From NCBI GenBank assembly GCA_902532525.1, contig CACAIK010000003.1, positions 18,449 through 82,448 on the forward strand: a DNA stretch of 64,000 nt. The letters run 5' to 3'. This document shows, in pieces, positions 29,892 through 39,676 of the stretch. Position 1 is the stretch's first letter. Every line of letters starts with the position of its first letter. Both the position numbers and the translations under genes were made by a program. The notes under the pieces are model-generated. The model had not been told where the DNA came from and made no database searches. It saw nothing but the letters and a program-made list of their open reading frames with translations. Origin of the DNA: an uncultured Pelagibacteraceae bacterium. GTDB lineage: Bacteria > Pseudomonadota > Alphaproteobacteria > Pelagibacterales > Pelagibacteraceae.

Positions 29892-30746
29892 TTATCTATT
29901 AATTCCTCTTAAACGTTCCGATCTTCTTCTTAACAATTCAGCACTAATCAATATTAAGGTCGATAAAACGATTAAACAAGTAGCTACTGCTAGAATTGTA
30001 GGGCTTAATTGTTCTCTTAGACCTGTCCACATTTGAATTGGAATAGTTGTATTTTCAAGACCAGCTAAAAATAAAACGACCACAACTTCATCAAAAGAAG
30101 TTACAAAAGCAAACAAACCTCCTGATATTACTCCAGGTAAAATCAACGGAAGTGTTACTTTCATAAATGTATTTACTGGGTTACTACCTAAACTAGCTGC
30201 CGCTCTTGTTACACTATGATCGAAACCTGATAATGTTGCAGTAACAGTAATTACAACAAAAGGTGTTCCCAAAATTATATGAGCTAAAACTATTCCTGTA
30301 TGAGTTGCCGCTAAACCTGCTTTTGCCATAAAAAAGAATATTGCAACACCTGATATAATAAGTGGAACTATCATTGGTGAAATCAAAGTTGCCATTATTA
30401 TTCCTTTAAAGGGCATGTGTCTGCTGCTCAATCCTAATGCAGCAACCGTTCCTAAAATTACTGACCCTAAAGTTGCAAATATAGCAATAATAAAACTATT
30501 CTTTGCAGCAAGACCCCATGGGTTCTTTGTGCCGTAAACCATATCTTTATACCATCTTAATGAAAAAGCATCTGGGTCTAAATTCTTCATCCCTTCTGAA
30601 AAAACAAGAAACTCTTCTGCATTAAATGATAATGGAAATATTACAAACAAAGGTGCTATTAAAAAAATAAAAACAAAAGTACATATGGCAATGTAAAAGT
30701 AGTGCCAAATTCTATATCTAGTTTCTGTATACTTTGGTAATGCCAT
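29892..30746 (-). CDS. potC: Pot-type ABC permease (PotC-like)
   Basis: SPMIVP, AAASLG, FVTSFDE. Confidence 0.88.
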   Translation of the reverse strand: MALPKYTETRYRIWHYFYIAICTFVFIFLIAPLFVIFPLSFNAEEFLVFSEGMKNLDPDAFSLRWYKDMVYGTKNPWGLAAKNSFIIAIFATLGSVILGTVAALGLSSRHMPFKGIIMATLISPMIVPLIISGVAIFFFMAKAGLAATHTGIVLAHIILGTPFVVITVTATLSGFDHSVTRAAASLGSNPVNTFMKVTLPLILPGVISGGLFAFVTSFDEVVVVLFLAGLENTTIPIQMWTGLREQLSPTILAVATCLIVLSTLILISAELLRRRSERLRGINR

Positions 30747-30747
30747 A

Positions 30748-32010
30748 CTAACCTAACTTAATATTATCAACTCCAACTAATTTATTATAAAGCCAATAGA
30801 TAACCAAAACTCCTCCAAGCAACATAAGCCCCATCGCTGAAGCAAAACTCCAATCTAAAGTAGTTTTCATATGATATGCAATTTGGTTACTAATTAAGGT
30901 TCCTGATGCTCCCCCAACTAATGCAGGTGTAATGTAATATCCAATTGCTAAAATAAAAACTAAAAGACACCCTGCCCCGATACCTGGTATGGTTAATGGA
31001 AAATATACTTTCCAAAAAGCCACAAAAGGTGTTCCGCCAAGAGATTTACCTGCTCTCATTAAACTCGGCGAGATGGTTTTCATCACACTGTACAGTGGTA
31101 AAACCATAAATGGTAAGAGGATTTGAGTCATCGCAACATAAGTTCCGACTTTGTTGTACATCATTTCTGGCCTATTATCGTCTGCCACGATCCCAATCAT
31201 TACAAAGAAATCGTTAACTACTCCTTGCTGTTGAAGTAAAATCATCCAGCTAGCTGTTCTAACTAATAATGATGTCCAAAATGGTAGAAGAACGCAAATC
31301 ATTAATAAATTACTATACTTCATTGGGAGTGTTGCTAGTAAATGGGCTATTGGGTAACCCATTAAAAAACAAAAAACCGTAACAAAGAAAGCAACCTCTA
31401 CAGTTCTCAACCATAAAATTCTATGTATTCTTCTATCTTCACTAACTTGAGTAATTTTGTTATCTTCATTCAAATACATATCCATAGCTTTTAAATATTT
31501 AGCTGAAGTATAAGGAGGGGCAGTTCTTTTAATTGCTTGCCAATATTCTACATTTCTCCATCTCTTGTGCACTTTCATTATTTGTTCTTTAATACTTTGT
31601 GTCTCGTCGATTTTATTCCTTTTTACCTGTCTGAATAATTTTTTTGTAATAGTGTTGAACCCATTTTTTTCTTTATTAAGTCTTTGGGCTAATTTTCCAT
31701 GTTCTTTTTTTTCTACAAGAATTTTAAAATCAGATAAAAATGAAGCAAATACTTCTTCGGATGGAAGCTCTTTACCGTCCCATGTTTCCATAGACTTAAA
31801 TGTTTTTGGAAGCATGTTTGTAATCATTTTATCATCAATGCTTCTTGTAAACATTTCCCCGATTGGAAAAATGTAAGTGATAATCAAAAAAAGTAATAAT
31901 GGTGCAACAAGTAAAAATGCTTTAATTTTGTTTTTTCTTTCAGCTTTTTTTAAACTTATCTCTAAAGGAATTCCGTCAGTTGTAAGTATTTGTTTTGTTT
32001 CGCTGCTCAT
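30748..32010 (-). CDS. potB: Pot-type ABC permease (PotB-like)
   Basis: LLPFWTSLLVR, LPFMVLPLY, AGKSLG, YITPALVGG. Confidence 0.88.
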   Translation of the reverse strand: MSSETKQILTTDGIPLEISLKKAERKNKIKAFLLVAPLLLFLIITYIFPIGEMFTRSIDDKMITNMLPKTFKSMETWDGKELPSEEVFASFLSDFKILVEKKEHGKLAQRLNKEKNGFNTITKKLFRQVKRNKIDETQSIKEQIMKVHKRWRNVEYWQAIKRTAPPYTSAKYLKAMDMYLNEDNKITQVSEDRRIHRILWLRTVEVAFFVTVFCFLMGYPIAHLLATLPMKYSNLLMICVLLPFWTSLLVRTASWMILLQQQGVVNDFFVMIGIVADDNRPEMMYNKVGTYVAMTQILLPFMVLPLYSVMKTISPSLMRAGKSLGGTPFVAFWKVYFPLTIPGIGAGCLLVFILAIGYYITPALVGGASGTLISNQIAYHMKTTLDWSFASAMGLMLLGGVLVIYWLYNKLVGVDNIKLG

Positions 32011-32012
32011 AA

Positions 32013-32042
32013 ATAAAAAGGGCGACTTAATAAAGTCGCCCT
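32013..32042 (-). terminator. Intrinsic terminator-like hairpin between potD and potB
   Basis: AGGGCGACTT-AATA-AAGTCGCCCT inverted repeat followed by TTTT on the minus strand. Confidence 0.8.
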
Positions 32043-32077
32043 ATATATATTATATTATTCTAGTCTTTTATACTCTT

Positions 32078-33193
32078 TTATAGACCAGCTTTCATAGCTT
32101 CCCACTTCTCACCAAGTTCTGTACCGTTATCAGCCCAGAAAAATGGATCAACTAAAAAGTATTTTTTAGTGTTTGAAGGAGCAGTTGGCATTTGTGGCAT
32201 CATTTCAGTTTTACCATCTTTATACCAAGGCTCATTTGCTTTGATAATTTCTAAAGATGATAATCTGTATGGAGCATATGCAATATATTTAGCACTTCCA
32301 GCTAACATTTCAGTGTTAGTCATCATTGCTAAAGCTTTTTTAGCATTTGCTTCATCTGGTCCACCTTTAACAAGTGCGAAATATTCATAGTCAAGACCTT
32401 GTCCATCCCATACTTGTTTAATTGGAGCACCTTCACCGATTTCAGCATTAAAGAATCTTCCATTCCAACCAGTTGCCATAACAACTTCACCAGATACTAA
32501 TAATTCTGGTGGTTGAGCACCTGCAGACCAGAATACACATCCACCATTTGGATCTGTACAAAGCTCTTTAATTTTGTTCATAGCTCTATTAACACCAGCT
32601 TCAGTTTCTAGTAATTTGTAGATCTCTGATCCACCTTTACCCATGTAAACTCCGTCACCAGCTAAAGCGATTTCTAGGTTTGTTAGAGCTGATTTATAAA
32701 TAGCTCTTTTTCCTGGAAATTTTTTAGTGTTAAAGAAATCTTTTATAGTTTTTGGCGTACCATCAACGTTGTTTACGTTATAAGCATAGTTCCAAGAATA
32801 TAAAATGTTTCCTACCGCACATTTACTTGGCATTGGAGCAAAGAAATCTTCACTTGCAGGAGTTCCATCTGGAGCTGCAGGGAAGTCTTTGTCAAAATCG
32901 AATTCAACGAAAATTCCTTCGTCACATCCGTTGATAGTATCAAATGCGAATACATCGATAATATCCCAAGTAATTGCACCTGCTTCTTTTTGAGCTTTAA
33001 TCTCAGATAATCCACCTGAATAGTCTACCCAGTTGATATCAACACCAAGAGCTTTTGCAGTTGGATCACCATACCCTAGCTTTTGAGACTCTGTATAAGC
33101 TCCACCCCAAGATGCTACTGTAACCGCAAATGCAGATGAAGTTATTGAAAGAGCAAAAGAAAGAGCAAGTAATAATTTACTTAATTTTTTCAT
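32078..33193 (-). CDS. potD: PotD-like substrate-binding protein (SWGG subfamily; substrate may be osmolytes rather than polyamines)
   Basis: Signal peptide, VASWGGAY, KFPGKRA, WSAGAQ, GWNGR; SD GGAGG at 33198-33202. Confidence 0.85.
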   Translation of the reverse strand: MKKLSKLLLALSFALSITSSAFAVTVASWGGAYTESQKLGYGDPTAKALGVDINWVDYSGGLSEIKAQKEAGAITWDIIDVFAFDTINGCDEGIFVEFDFDKDFPAAPDGTPASEDFFAPMPSKCAVGNILYSWNYAYNVNNVDGTPKTIKDFFNTKKFPGKRAIYKSALTNLEIALAGDGVYMGKGGSEIYKLLETEAGVNRAMNKIKELCTDPNGGCVFWSAGAQPPELLVSGEVVMATGWNGRFFNAEIGEGAPIKQVWDGQGLDYEYFALVKGGPDEANAKKALAMMTNTEMLAGSAKYIAYAPYRLSSLEIIKANEPWYKDGKTEMMPQMPTAPSNTKKYFLVDPFFWADNGTELGEKWEAMKAGL

Positions 33194-33308
33194 TTATCCT
33201 CCGTTTAAACGTTTAATATAAATTAATTTATATAAGCGAAGTACAACAAAAACGATATTCAGAGTCAACAGGCCATTTTGTTATAGGAATACTGGGATAT
33301 TTAAGAAA

Positions 33309-34394
33309 TTATTTAGGATCTAGAGCTCTTGCGTCTTGACTGTTCCATCCTACTTTAATCTCATTACCTAATTTTAAATCTAACTCGTTTGAGCTATTTG
33401 GAACTTTTAAAATAAATTCTTTATTACCTAAAAGATCTAATCTTACTCTAGTGTGATCACCATGGTAAATAACTTCTTCGATTTTTCCCGTTTGATTATT
33501 ATCCATTTTATCTTTTGGATTTATCAATGCCCTCTCAGGTCTTATTGAAACTGTTGTTTTATCACCTTTGGAAGTTACTGAAACTGGATTAGCTAAAATT
33601 TCTCCATTTTGTAGTTTAACTTTACAAACATCTTTTGAAATGTCAGTTACTTCTCCTCCAAATGTATTATTTTCACCTATAAACTCTGCAACGAAAGAAT
33701 TAACTGGTTCTTCGTACAATTTATCAGGACTCGATAATTGTTGAACTTTACCATCATTAAAAACTGCTATCCTATTTGACATTGTTAATGCTTCTCCTTG
33801 ATCGTGTGTAACGTAAACTACAGTAACACCAATATTTTCATGAATATGTTTAATTTCGTATTGCATACTTTCTCTTAAGTTTTTATCTAAAGCTCCAAGA
33901 GGTTCATCCATTAGAACTACTGCTGGATCAAATACTAGAGCTCTTGCAACAGCTACCCTTTGTTGCTGACCACCAGATAATTGCGCTGGCATTCTACTTT
34001 CAAATCCTGATAAAGAAACCATTGATAAAGCTTTATCTACTTTTTTATCAATCTCATCTTTTTGAACTTTTCTAACTCTTAAAGGAAATGCTAAATTTTC
34101 ATAAACTGTCATATGAGGAAACAATGCATAATTTTGAAAAACCATTCCAATTCCTCTTTTGTGCGGTGGTATATTTGAAATAGGATTAGAATCTAAATAG
34201 ATTTCACCATTGGTTGGTGTTTCAAATCCAGCCAACATCATCAGACAAGTTGTTTTTCCTGAACCAGATGGACCAAGCATAGTAATGAACTCGCCCTCTG
34301 AGATATTAAGATTTAAATCTTTTACTACTAAGACTTTACCATCGTAACTTTTGTCAACTTTATCGAACTTAACGAATTCTGTATTTTTAGACAT
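33309..34394 (-). CDS. potA: Pot-type ABC ATPase
   Basis: GPSGSGKTT, FQNYALFPH, LSGGQQQR, DEPLGALD, C-terminal TOBE domain. Confidence 0.92.
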   Translation of the reverse strand: MSKNTEFVKFDKVDKSYDGKVLVVKDLNLNISEGEFITMLGPSGSGKTTCLMMLAGFETPTNGEIYLDSNPISNIPPHKRGIGMVFQNYALFPHMTVYENLAFPLRVRKVQKDEIDKKVDKALSMVSLSGFESRMPAQLSGGQQQRVAVARALVFDPAVVLMDEPLGALDKNLRESMQYEIKHIHENIGVTVVYVTHDQGEALTMSNRIAVFNDGKVQQLSSPDKLYEEPVNSFVAEFIGENNTFGGEVTDISKDVCKVKLQNGEILANPVSVTSKGDKTTVSIRPERALINPKDKMDNNQTGKIEEVIYHGDHTRVRLDLLGNKEFILKVPNSSNELDLKLGNEIKVGWNSQDARALDPK

Positions 34395-34432
34395 CTAGTG
34401 TTTAAAACATTTAAGAAGTTAATTATCAATAG

Positions 34433-35605
34433 CTAATAGTTCTTAATATGTAGCTCTTTTGGAAATTTACAGAATAATTCACAACCTTTGTCGGTAACTC
34501 GGATTGCTTCAGATGCTTCTACTCCCCAATCACCAAACTGCATTACTGCAATCATATGAAAACAAACATTTGGTTCAAGTACTGTCATATCGCCTTTATA
34601 AATATTTAAAGTATGCTCTCCCCAATCTGGTGGATATCCAATACCTATTGAGTAACCCGTTCTTGATTTCTTCTCGATACCATATTTATCTAAAATTTTC
34701 CAAAAGGCTTGGGCAACATCATTTGCTGTGTTTCCGGGTTTTGTAGCATTAATTCCAGCTTGTAAAGCTTCTATAGTTTTATTCATTGTATCTATTTTTA
34801 ATTGATCAGGTTTACCTAATAAAATTGTTCGAGCCATAGGTGCGTGATATCTTTTATAAACACCTGAAAGTTCAATTATAGTTGCTTCACCTTCAATAAA
34901 TTTATCTTGGGTTGCTGTTAAATGTGAAGCAGATGTACCTTTTCCAGTTGGAAGAAGCGTTGCGATACTAGAATATTCACCTCCAAATTCTTCTGTACCA
35001 TAAAATAAAGACTTTTGAATTTCTCCAACAGCATCGCATTGTCTTGTACCAGGTTTAATTACTTCCATTGCAGTTTGCATTCCTTTTTGAGAAATTAAAG
35101 CAGCAGACTTCATATAATTTATTTCTGCATTAGATTTAATTAATCTAGCCCAATTAACTAGTCGATCAGAATCGATAATGTTTGCATTTGGTAACCCCTG
35201 TTTAATCTTTTCATAACAAAAAGCTGTAAAATAATGAGCATCCATTTCAACTCCAATAGACAGTTTATCCCATTTTTTTTCTTTAATTACTTTGGTCAAG
35301 TAATCATAGGGATGTTTTGGCCAAGTATGAATATAACTCTCATCATAAACAATAATATTGTCTTTATTTAAATAGGTCTTTATGTACGCCCCACCTGCAT
35401 CCTGATCTCTAACAAAGCAAATTGGCTCTTTTGAATCAACGTGCACTAATACACATTGTGCATAATAAAAAGACCAAGCATCGTAGCCTGTAAGATAATT
35501 CATATTATTTGTGTCGTGAGAAATGATTAAATCAATTTTTTTCTCTCTCATCAGAGATTGAACTTTTAATAGTCTTTGTTTGTATTCTTCTTTTGAAAAG
35601 GACAT
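34433..35605 (-). CDS. eutD: Ectoine hydrolase-like M24 protein (EutD/DoeA)
   Basis: FSKEEY..R, YLTGYDAWSFY, RLVNWARLIKS, ASHLT, RYHAPMART, SRTGYSIGIGYPPDWGE match DoeA/EutD. Confidence 0.8.
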   Translation of the reverse strand: MSFSKEEYKQRLLKVQSLMREKKIDLIISHDTNNMNYLTGYDAWSFYYAQCVLVHVDSKEPICFVRDQDAGGAYIKTYLNKDNIIVYDESYIHTWPKHPYDYLTKVIKEKKWDKLSIGVEMDAHYFTAFCYEKIKQGLPNANIIDSDRLVNWARLIKSNAEINYMKSAALISQKGMQTAMEVIKPGTRQCDAVGEIQKSLFYGTEEFGGEYSSIATLLPTGKGTSASHLTATQDKFIEGEATIIELSGVYKRYHAPMARTILLGKPDQLKIDTMNKTIEALQAGINATKPGNTANDVAQAFWKILDKYGIEKKSRTGYSIGIGYPPDWGEHTLNIYKGDMTVLEPNVCFHMIAVMQFGDWGVEASEAIRVTDKGCELFCKFPKELHIKNY

Positions 35606-35608
35606 AAA

Positions 35609-36349
35609 TTAATCAAACAGTCTTCCAAATCCTTTTACAGATTTATTTTCACCTATGTTCTCTAAAGATTCCCAGATTAAAGCCTGATTGCTTGAAAGAA
35701 CTGGTATTCCAAGTTTATCTTCTAATTTTTGTATTAGAGGAAGAACTGGTAAAGCGGTGCAAGATACAAATAAAGCATCTGCCTCACTTACATCTAAATT
35801 TATTAGCACATCAAACAGATAATTTTGATCTACTTTACCAATCTCCATGTCAGAATGAATATCAAAGTATGAATTTGAGGTGATTTCAAAACCAGATGAT
35901 TTAAAATAATCAACAACATCATCGTTAACTTTTTTACTATAAGGTGTGAATATAGAAAGTTTTTTAATATTTAATTTTTTCAATGCTTTCAAAGCTGCTG
36001 TACTTGGTGTTGAAAGTTTTGCCTCAGGTTTTGCTGCTTGTATTTTATTTTTAATATTATCGTACCCTGCTGCAATAGTTCCTGATGTACAAGCATATAC
36101 AACACAGTCTAATTTTTGCTCTGGCAAGATATCTCTTGTTACTTGAGTAATATTCTCTGACATTTTGATCAAATTTTCTTTGGTTAAGGGATTATAACAT
36201 TCTATTCTATTTACAAAAAAATCTATTTTTTTATCTTTAATTACACTTATAAAATCTTTTTCAATCACTAGATCGGTTGCTAAAGCGATAAGTCCAATAC
36301 GTGGATTTTGGTTATTTTCAAACTTTGGTTCTATTTTTTGTGATTTCAT
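35609..36349 (-). CDS. eutA: Asp/Glu racemase / maleate-isomerase superfamily protein (EutA-like)
   Basis: RIGLIALATD, YACTSG, TPY, VSCTAL, SSNQA; adjacent to eutD; likely start MKSQK at 36349. Confidence 0.72.
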   Translation of the reverse strand: MKSQKIEPKFENNQNPRIGLIALATDLVIEKDFISVIKDKKIDFFVNRIECYNPLTKENLIKMSENITQVTRDILPEQKLDCVVYACTSGTIAAGYDNIKNKIQAAKPEAKLSTPSTAALKALKKLNIKKLSIFTPYSKKVNDDVVDYFKSSGFEITSNSYFDIHSDMEIGKVDQNYLFDVLINLDVSEADALFVSCTALPVLPLIQKLEDKLGIPVLSSNQALIWESLENIGENKSVKGFGRLFD

Positions 36350-36410
36350 AAATACAATATACCACCACATATTGATTAATCATTAAAATTTAAAAACTGT
36401 ATCTAATTTC

Positions 36411-36440
36411 TTGAATGGTTATAGTAAATAAACGTATAAT
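36411..36440 (+). promoter_or_regulatory. Putative sigma70 promoter of the ALDH operon
   Basis: TTGAAT-N18-TATAAT ending 25 bp before the ATG at 36466. Confidence 0.45.
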
Positions 36441-36465
36441 AAGAAAAATTAATTTTGAAATATAA

Positions 36466-37899
36466 ATGCTCGATAAAAAAAAATTTTATATCAATGGCAA
36501 ATGGGTTGAGCCAGTAAATAAGAATGAATGTGAAGTTATTAATCCATCAACAGAAGAAGTTTGTGCAATTATAAGTCTTGGAAGTTCTGATGATACAAAT
36601 GCTGCAGTCAAAGCAGCAAAATCTGCATTTGAGACTTGGAAAGAAACTTCAAAAGAAGAAAGATTAAATTTATTAGAAAAATTATTAAAAATTTATAATT
36701 CTAGATGGGATGATATGACTGATGCTATTACTACAGAGCTTGGTTGTCCTAAAGATTGGTGTTCAGCTAATCAAACATCTTCTGGCGCAGGTCATATTGA
36801 AGACTTTATAAAAAGATTAAAAGAATTCGAATTCGAACCAGGTTTTGATAAAGGATCTACTAATCATATTGTATATGAGCCAATTGGAGTTTGCGGATTA
36901 ATTACACCTTGGAATTGGCCTATAAATCAAATTGCTTTAAAAGTAATTCCAGCTTTTGCTACTGGGTGTACAATGGTACTTAAACCATCTGAAATTGCAC
37001 CATTGTCAGGAATGCTATTTGCAGAGATGATAGATGAGGCTGGATTTCCAGCTGGAGTATTTAATTTGGTAAATGGTGATGGGCCTGGTGTTGGAACTGA
37101 CCTGTCAGGACATCCTGATGTTGATATGGTCTCATTTACAGGATCTACTAGAGCTGGAAAATTAATTACAAAGAATGCTGCCGAAACTATAAAAAGAGTT
37201 TGTCTTGAACTTGGTGGTAAAGGTGGAAATATTGTTTTTGCTGATGCATATCCTGATGCAGTCAGAGATGGTATTAGAAACGTAATGAGTAATTCAGGTC
37301 AATCCTGTGATGCCCCAACTAGAATGCTTGTTGAAAAATCAATTTATAAAAGAGCTGTTGAAGAAGCTGCAGATGAAGCAAATAAAATTAAAGTTGATCT
37401 TGCTTCAAAAGCTGGTGACCATATTGGGCCTGTAATTTCAAAAACTCAATTTGATAAAATTCAAAGTTTAATAAATAGTGGAATTGAAGAAGGTGCTACT
37501 TTAGTAGCAGGTGGTCCTGACAAACCTGAAGATCTAAAGAAAGGTTATTTTATTAAACCAACAGTATTCACTGATGTTAATAATAATATGAGAATTGCTA
37601 AAGAGGAAATATTTGGACCAGTATTGTCGATTATTCCTTTTGAAAATGAAGAGGAAGCTATCCAAATTACAAATGATACAGAATATGGATTAGGAAACTA
37701 CTTACAAACAGAGGATAATGAAAAGGCAAAAAGAGTCTCAAAAAAATTAAGGTCCGGAATTGTGTATGTAAATCATAAAGCAGCTGACTCTGGGACTCCT
37801 TTTGGTGGGTATAGACAATCTGGAAATGGGCGTGAAGGTGGAACCTGGGGATTGCATGAATATCTAGAGGTAAAAACTATTACTGAATGGAAAAATTAA
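36466..37899 (+). CDS. NAD(P)-dependent aldehyde dehydrogenase (paralogue of 10615..12048)
   Basis: ITPWNWP, FTGS, LELGGKG, NSGQSC, EEIFGPV. Confidence 0.95.
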   Translation: MLDKKKFYINGKWVEPVNKNECEVINPSTEEVCAIISLGSSDDTNAAVKAAKSAFETWKETSKEERLNLLEKLLKIYNSRWDDMTDAITTELGCPKDWCSANQTSSGAGHIEDFIKRLKEFEFEPGFDKGSTNHIVYEPIGVCGLITPWNWPINQIALKVIPAFATGCTMVLKPSEIAPLSGMLFAEMIDEAGFPAGVFNLVNGDGPGVGTDLSGHPDVDMVSFTGSTRAGKLITKNAAETIKRVCLELGGKGGNIVFADAYPDAVRDGIRNVMSNSGQSCDAPTRMLVEKSIYKRAVEEAADEANKIKVDLASKAGDHIGPVISKTQFDKIQSLINSGIEEGATLVAGGPDKPEDLKKGYFIKPTVFTDVNNNMRIAKEEIFGPVLSIIPFENEEEAIQITNDTEYGLGNYLQTEDNEKAKRVSKKLRSGIVYVNHKAADSGTPFGGYRQSGNGREGGTWGLHEYLEVKTITEWKN

Positions 37900-37900
37900 A

Positions 37901-38281
37901 ATGCTTGGTTATGTAATGGTAGGAACCAATAACTTAGAAAAAGCAATAATTTTTTATGATGAAGTCTTAAAAGTTTTAAATCTAGAAAGAAATTATAAAG
38001 ATGAAGTTTGCGCTGGTTACACAGAAAAAAATGGCGATGGAACTATAGAGTTTTATGTGACCAAACCTGTCAATATGAAAGAGGCAACTAATGGAAATGG
38101 AACGCAAGTTTCATTTATTACATCATCTAGAGATATAGTTGATAAGTTTCATGAGATTGGACTTAAGGCAGGTGGAAAAAGTGAAGGAGCTGGAGGTGAA
38201 AGACCAGAAGGTTCTGGAGTTTACTATTCTTATATTCGAGATCTTGATAATAATAAAATTTGTGCTTTCACAAACAATTAA
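37901..38281 (+). CDS. VOC/glyoxalase family protein
   Basis: GYVMVGTNNL..FYD, ATNGNGT, VDKFH..G, YYSYIRDLDNNKI. Confidence 0.85.
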   Translation: MLGYVMVGTNNLEKAIIFYDEVLKVLNLERNYKDEVCAGYTEKNGDGTIEFYVTKPVNMKEATNGNGTQVSFITSSRDIVDKFHEIGLKAGGKSEGAGGERPEGSGVYYSYIRDLDNNKICAFTNN

Positions 38282-39192
38282 TGTCTTACAATTTAATTCA
38301 AGAAAAAATTAATGAAGGAAAAATTATTTTACTTGATGGAGGTATAGGTGCTGAGCTTGAAAAAAAAGGAGCTAAAATGGATCAAAACCTCTGGTGTGGA
38401 AAATGTTCGGTAGATAGCCCAGAATTTCTAAAAGAAGTTCATGAAAATTATATTGATGCAGGTGCTGATGTTATTACAACAAATACTTATGCTACAACTC
38501 CAATTTCTCTTAGAAAACACGGATATGAAGACTCAATTGAATTATTTAATAGACAAGCAGTTCAAATTGCAAAACAAGCAATTAATAATTCAAAAAAGAA
38601 CATCTGTTTAGCGGGAAGTGTTTCGAGTTATGGAAGTTTTCTTAAACTTGGAACAAAGAACATGAAGCCATGTTTTAATGAACATATTAAAATTTTATCA
38701 AATGAGGGTGTTGATTTAATAATTTTAGAAGCAATGACATCTCAAGCAGAAATCGTGGAGACTATGCTTGAGTGTTCTTCAAATATAAAGTTACCTATTT
38801 GGCTTTCTATTTCCTGTGTAATAGATCAGAATACAAAAAATATTACACTTGGTTATGATGATGTGAAGAATAAAACTGAAATTTACGAGGATTTAGAAGT
38901 ATCGTTGAAAAATTTTAGTAAATTACATAAGGGGCCAATTTTAATTGCTCACTCAGATATTAAAACAACGAGTGCAGCTTTAGATACTGCATTAAAAAAT
39001 TATAATGGAGTTATTGGTGCATACCCTAATAAAGGCTATTACGAAAAACCAAATTGGAAGTTTGTGGATGATTTTTCACCCAATGATTATTTGGAAGTTG
39101 CAAAAAAATGGTTTAGCAAAGGTGTAAAAATTGTTGGTGGTTGTTGTGGTATAGGAGTTGAAGAGATAAAAGCTATTTCAATTTTGAAGTAA
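38281..39192 (+). CDS. Homocysteine S-methyltransferase family protein 1
   Basis: LLDGGIGAEL, HENYIDAGADVITTNTY, AGS, AYPN, VGGCCG; start MSYNL overlaps the upstream stop. Confidence 0.88.
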   Translation: MSYNLIQEKINEGKIILLDGGIGAELEKKGAKMDQNLWCGKCSVDSPEFLKEVHENYIDAGADVITTNTYATTPISLRKHGYEDSIELFNRQAVQIAKQAINNSKKNICLAGSVSSYGSFLKLGTKNMKPCFNEHIKILSNEGVDLIILEAMTSQAEIVETMLECSSNIKLPIWLSISCVIDQNTKNITLGYDDVKNKTEIYEDLEVSLKNFSKLHKGPILIAHSDIKTTSAALDTALKNYNGVIGAYPNKGYYEKPNWKFVDDFSPNDYLEVAKKWFSKGVKIVGGCCGIGVEEIKAISILK

Positions 39193-39209
39193 TAATATAT
39201 TGTAAAATT

Positions 39210-39665
39210 ATGAAAACTTTTATTGGTGGTATTGGTTGTTTTTGGGACGAAACTAAATACGATGGTATAAAAGGAATATTATCTACCGAATGTGGTTATT
39301 GCGGAGGTGATGATCCTAATGTTACTTACAAAGCAGTTTGTGGTGGGGATACAGGTCACATAGAAGTAGTCAAAGTTCAATATGATGAAAATATTTTAAG
39401 CTATGAAGACATGGTCAGATTATTTTTTAAACTCCATGACTCAACTCAAAAGAATAGACAAGGAACTTATGTTGGAATTCAATATCGCTCTGAGATATTT
39501 TATAATAATGATAATGAAAAAAATACAGCAGAGAAAATTTTAAAAGAAATGAATGAGAAATTAGATGGAAAAGTTACTACAAAAATTTCCAAAGAAAAAA
39601 ACTATTGTAAAGCAGAAGGCTATCATCAAAAGTACGAGAAAAATAAATCTCTTAAGTTTGGATAA
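39210..39665 (+). CDS. msrA: Short peptide-methionine (S)-S-oxide reductase variant
   Basis: GCFW, GYCGG, TGHIEVV, HDSTQ.NRQG, QYRS, AEGYHQKY. Confidence 0.85.
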   Translation: MKTFIGGIGCFWDETKYDGIKGILSTECGYCGGDDPNVTYKAVCGGDTGHIEVVKVQYDENILSYEDMVRLFFKLHDSTQKNRQGTYVGIQYRSEIFYNNDNEKNTAEKILKEMNEKLDGKVTTKISKEKNYCKAEGYHQKYEKNKSLKFG

Positions 39666-39676
39666 AAAGTACTAAT

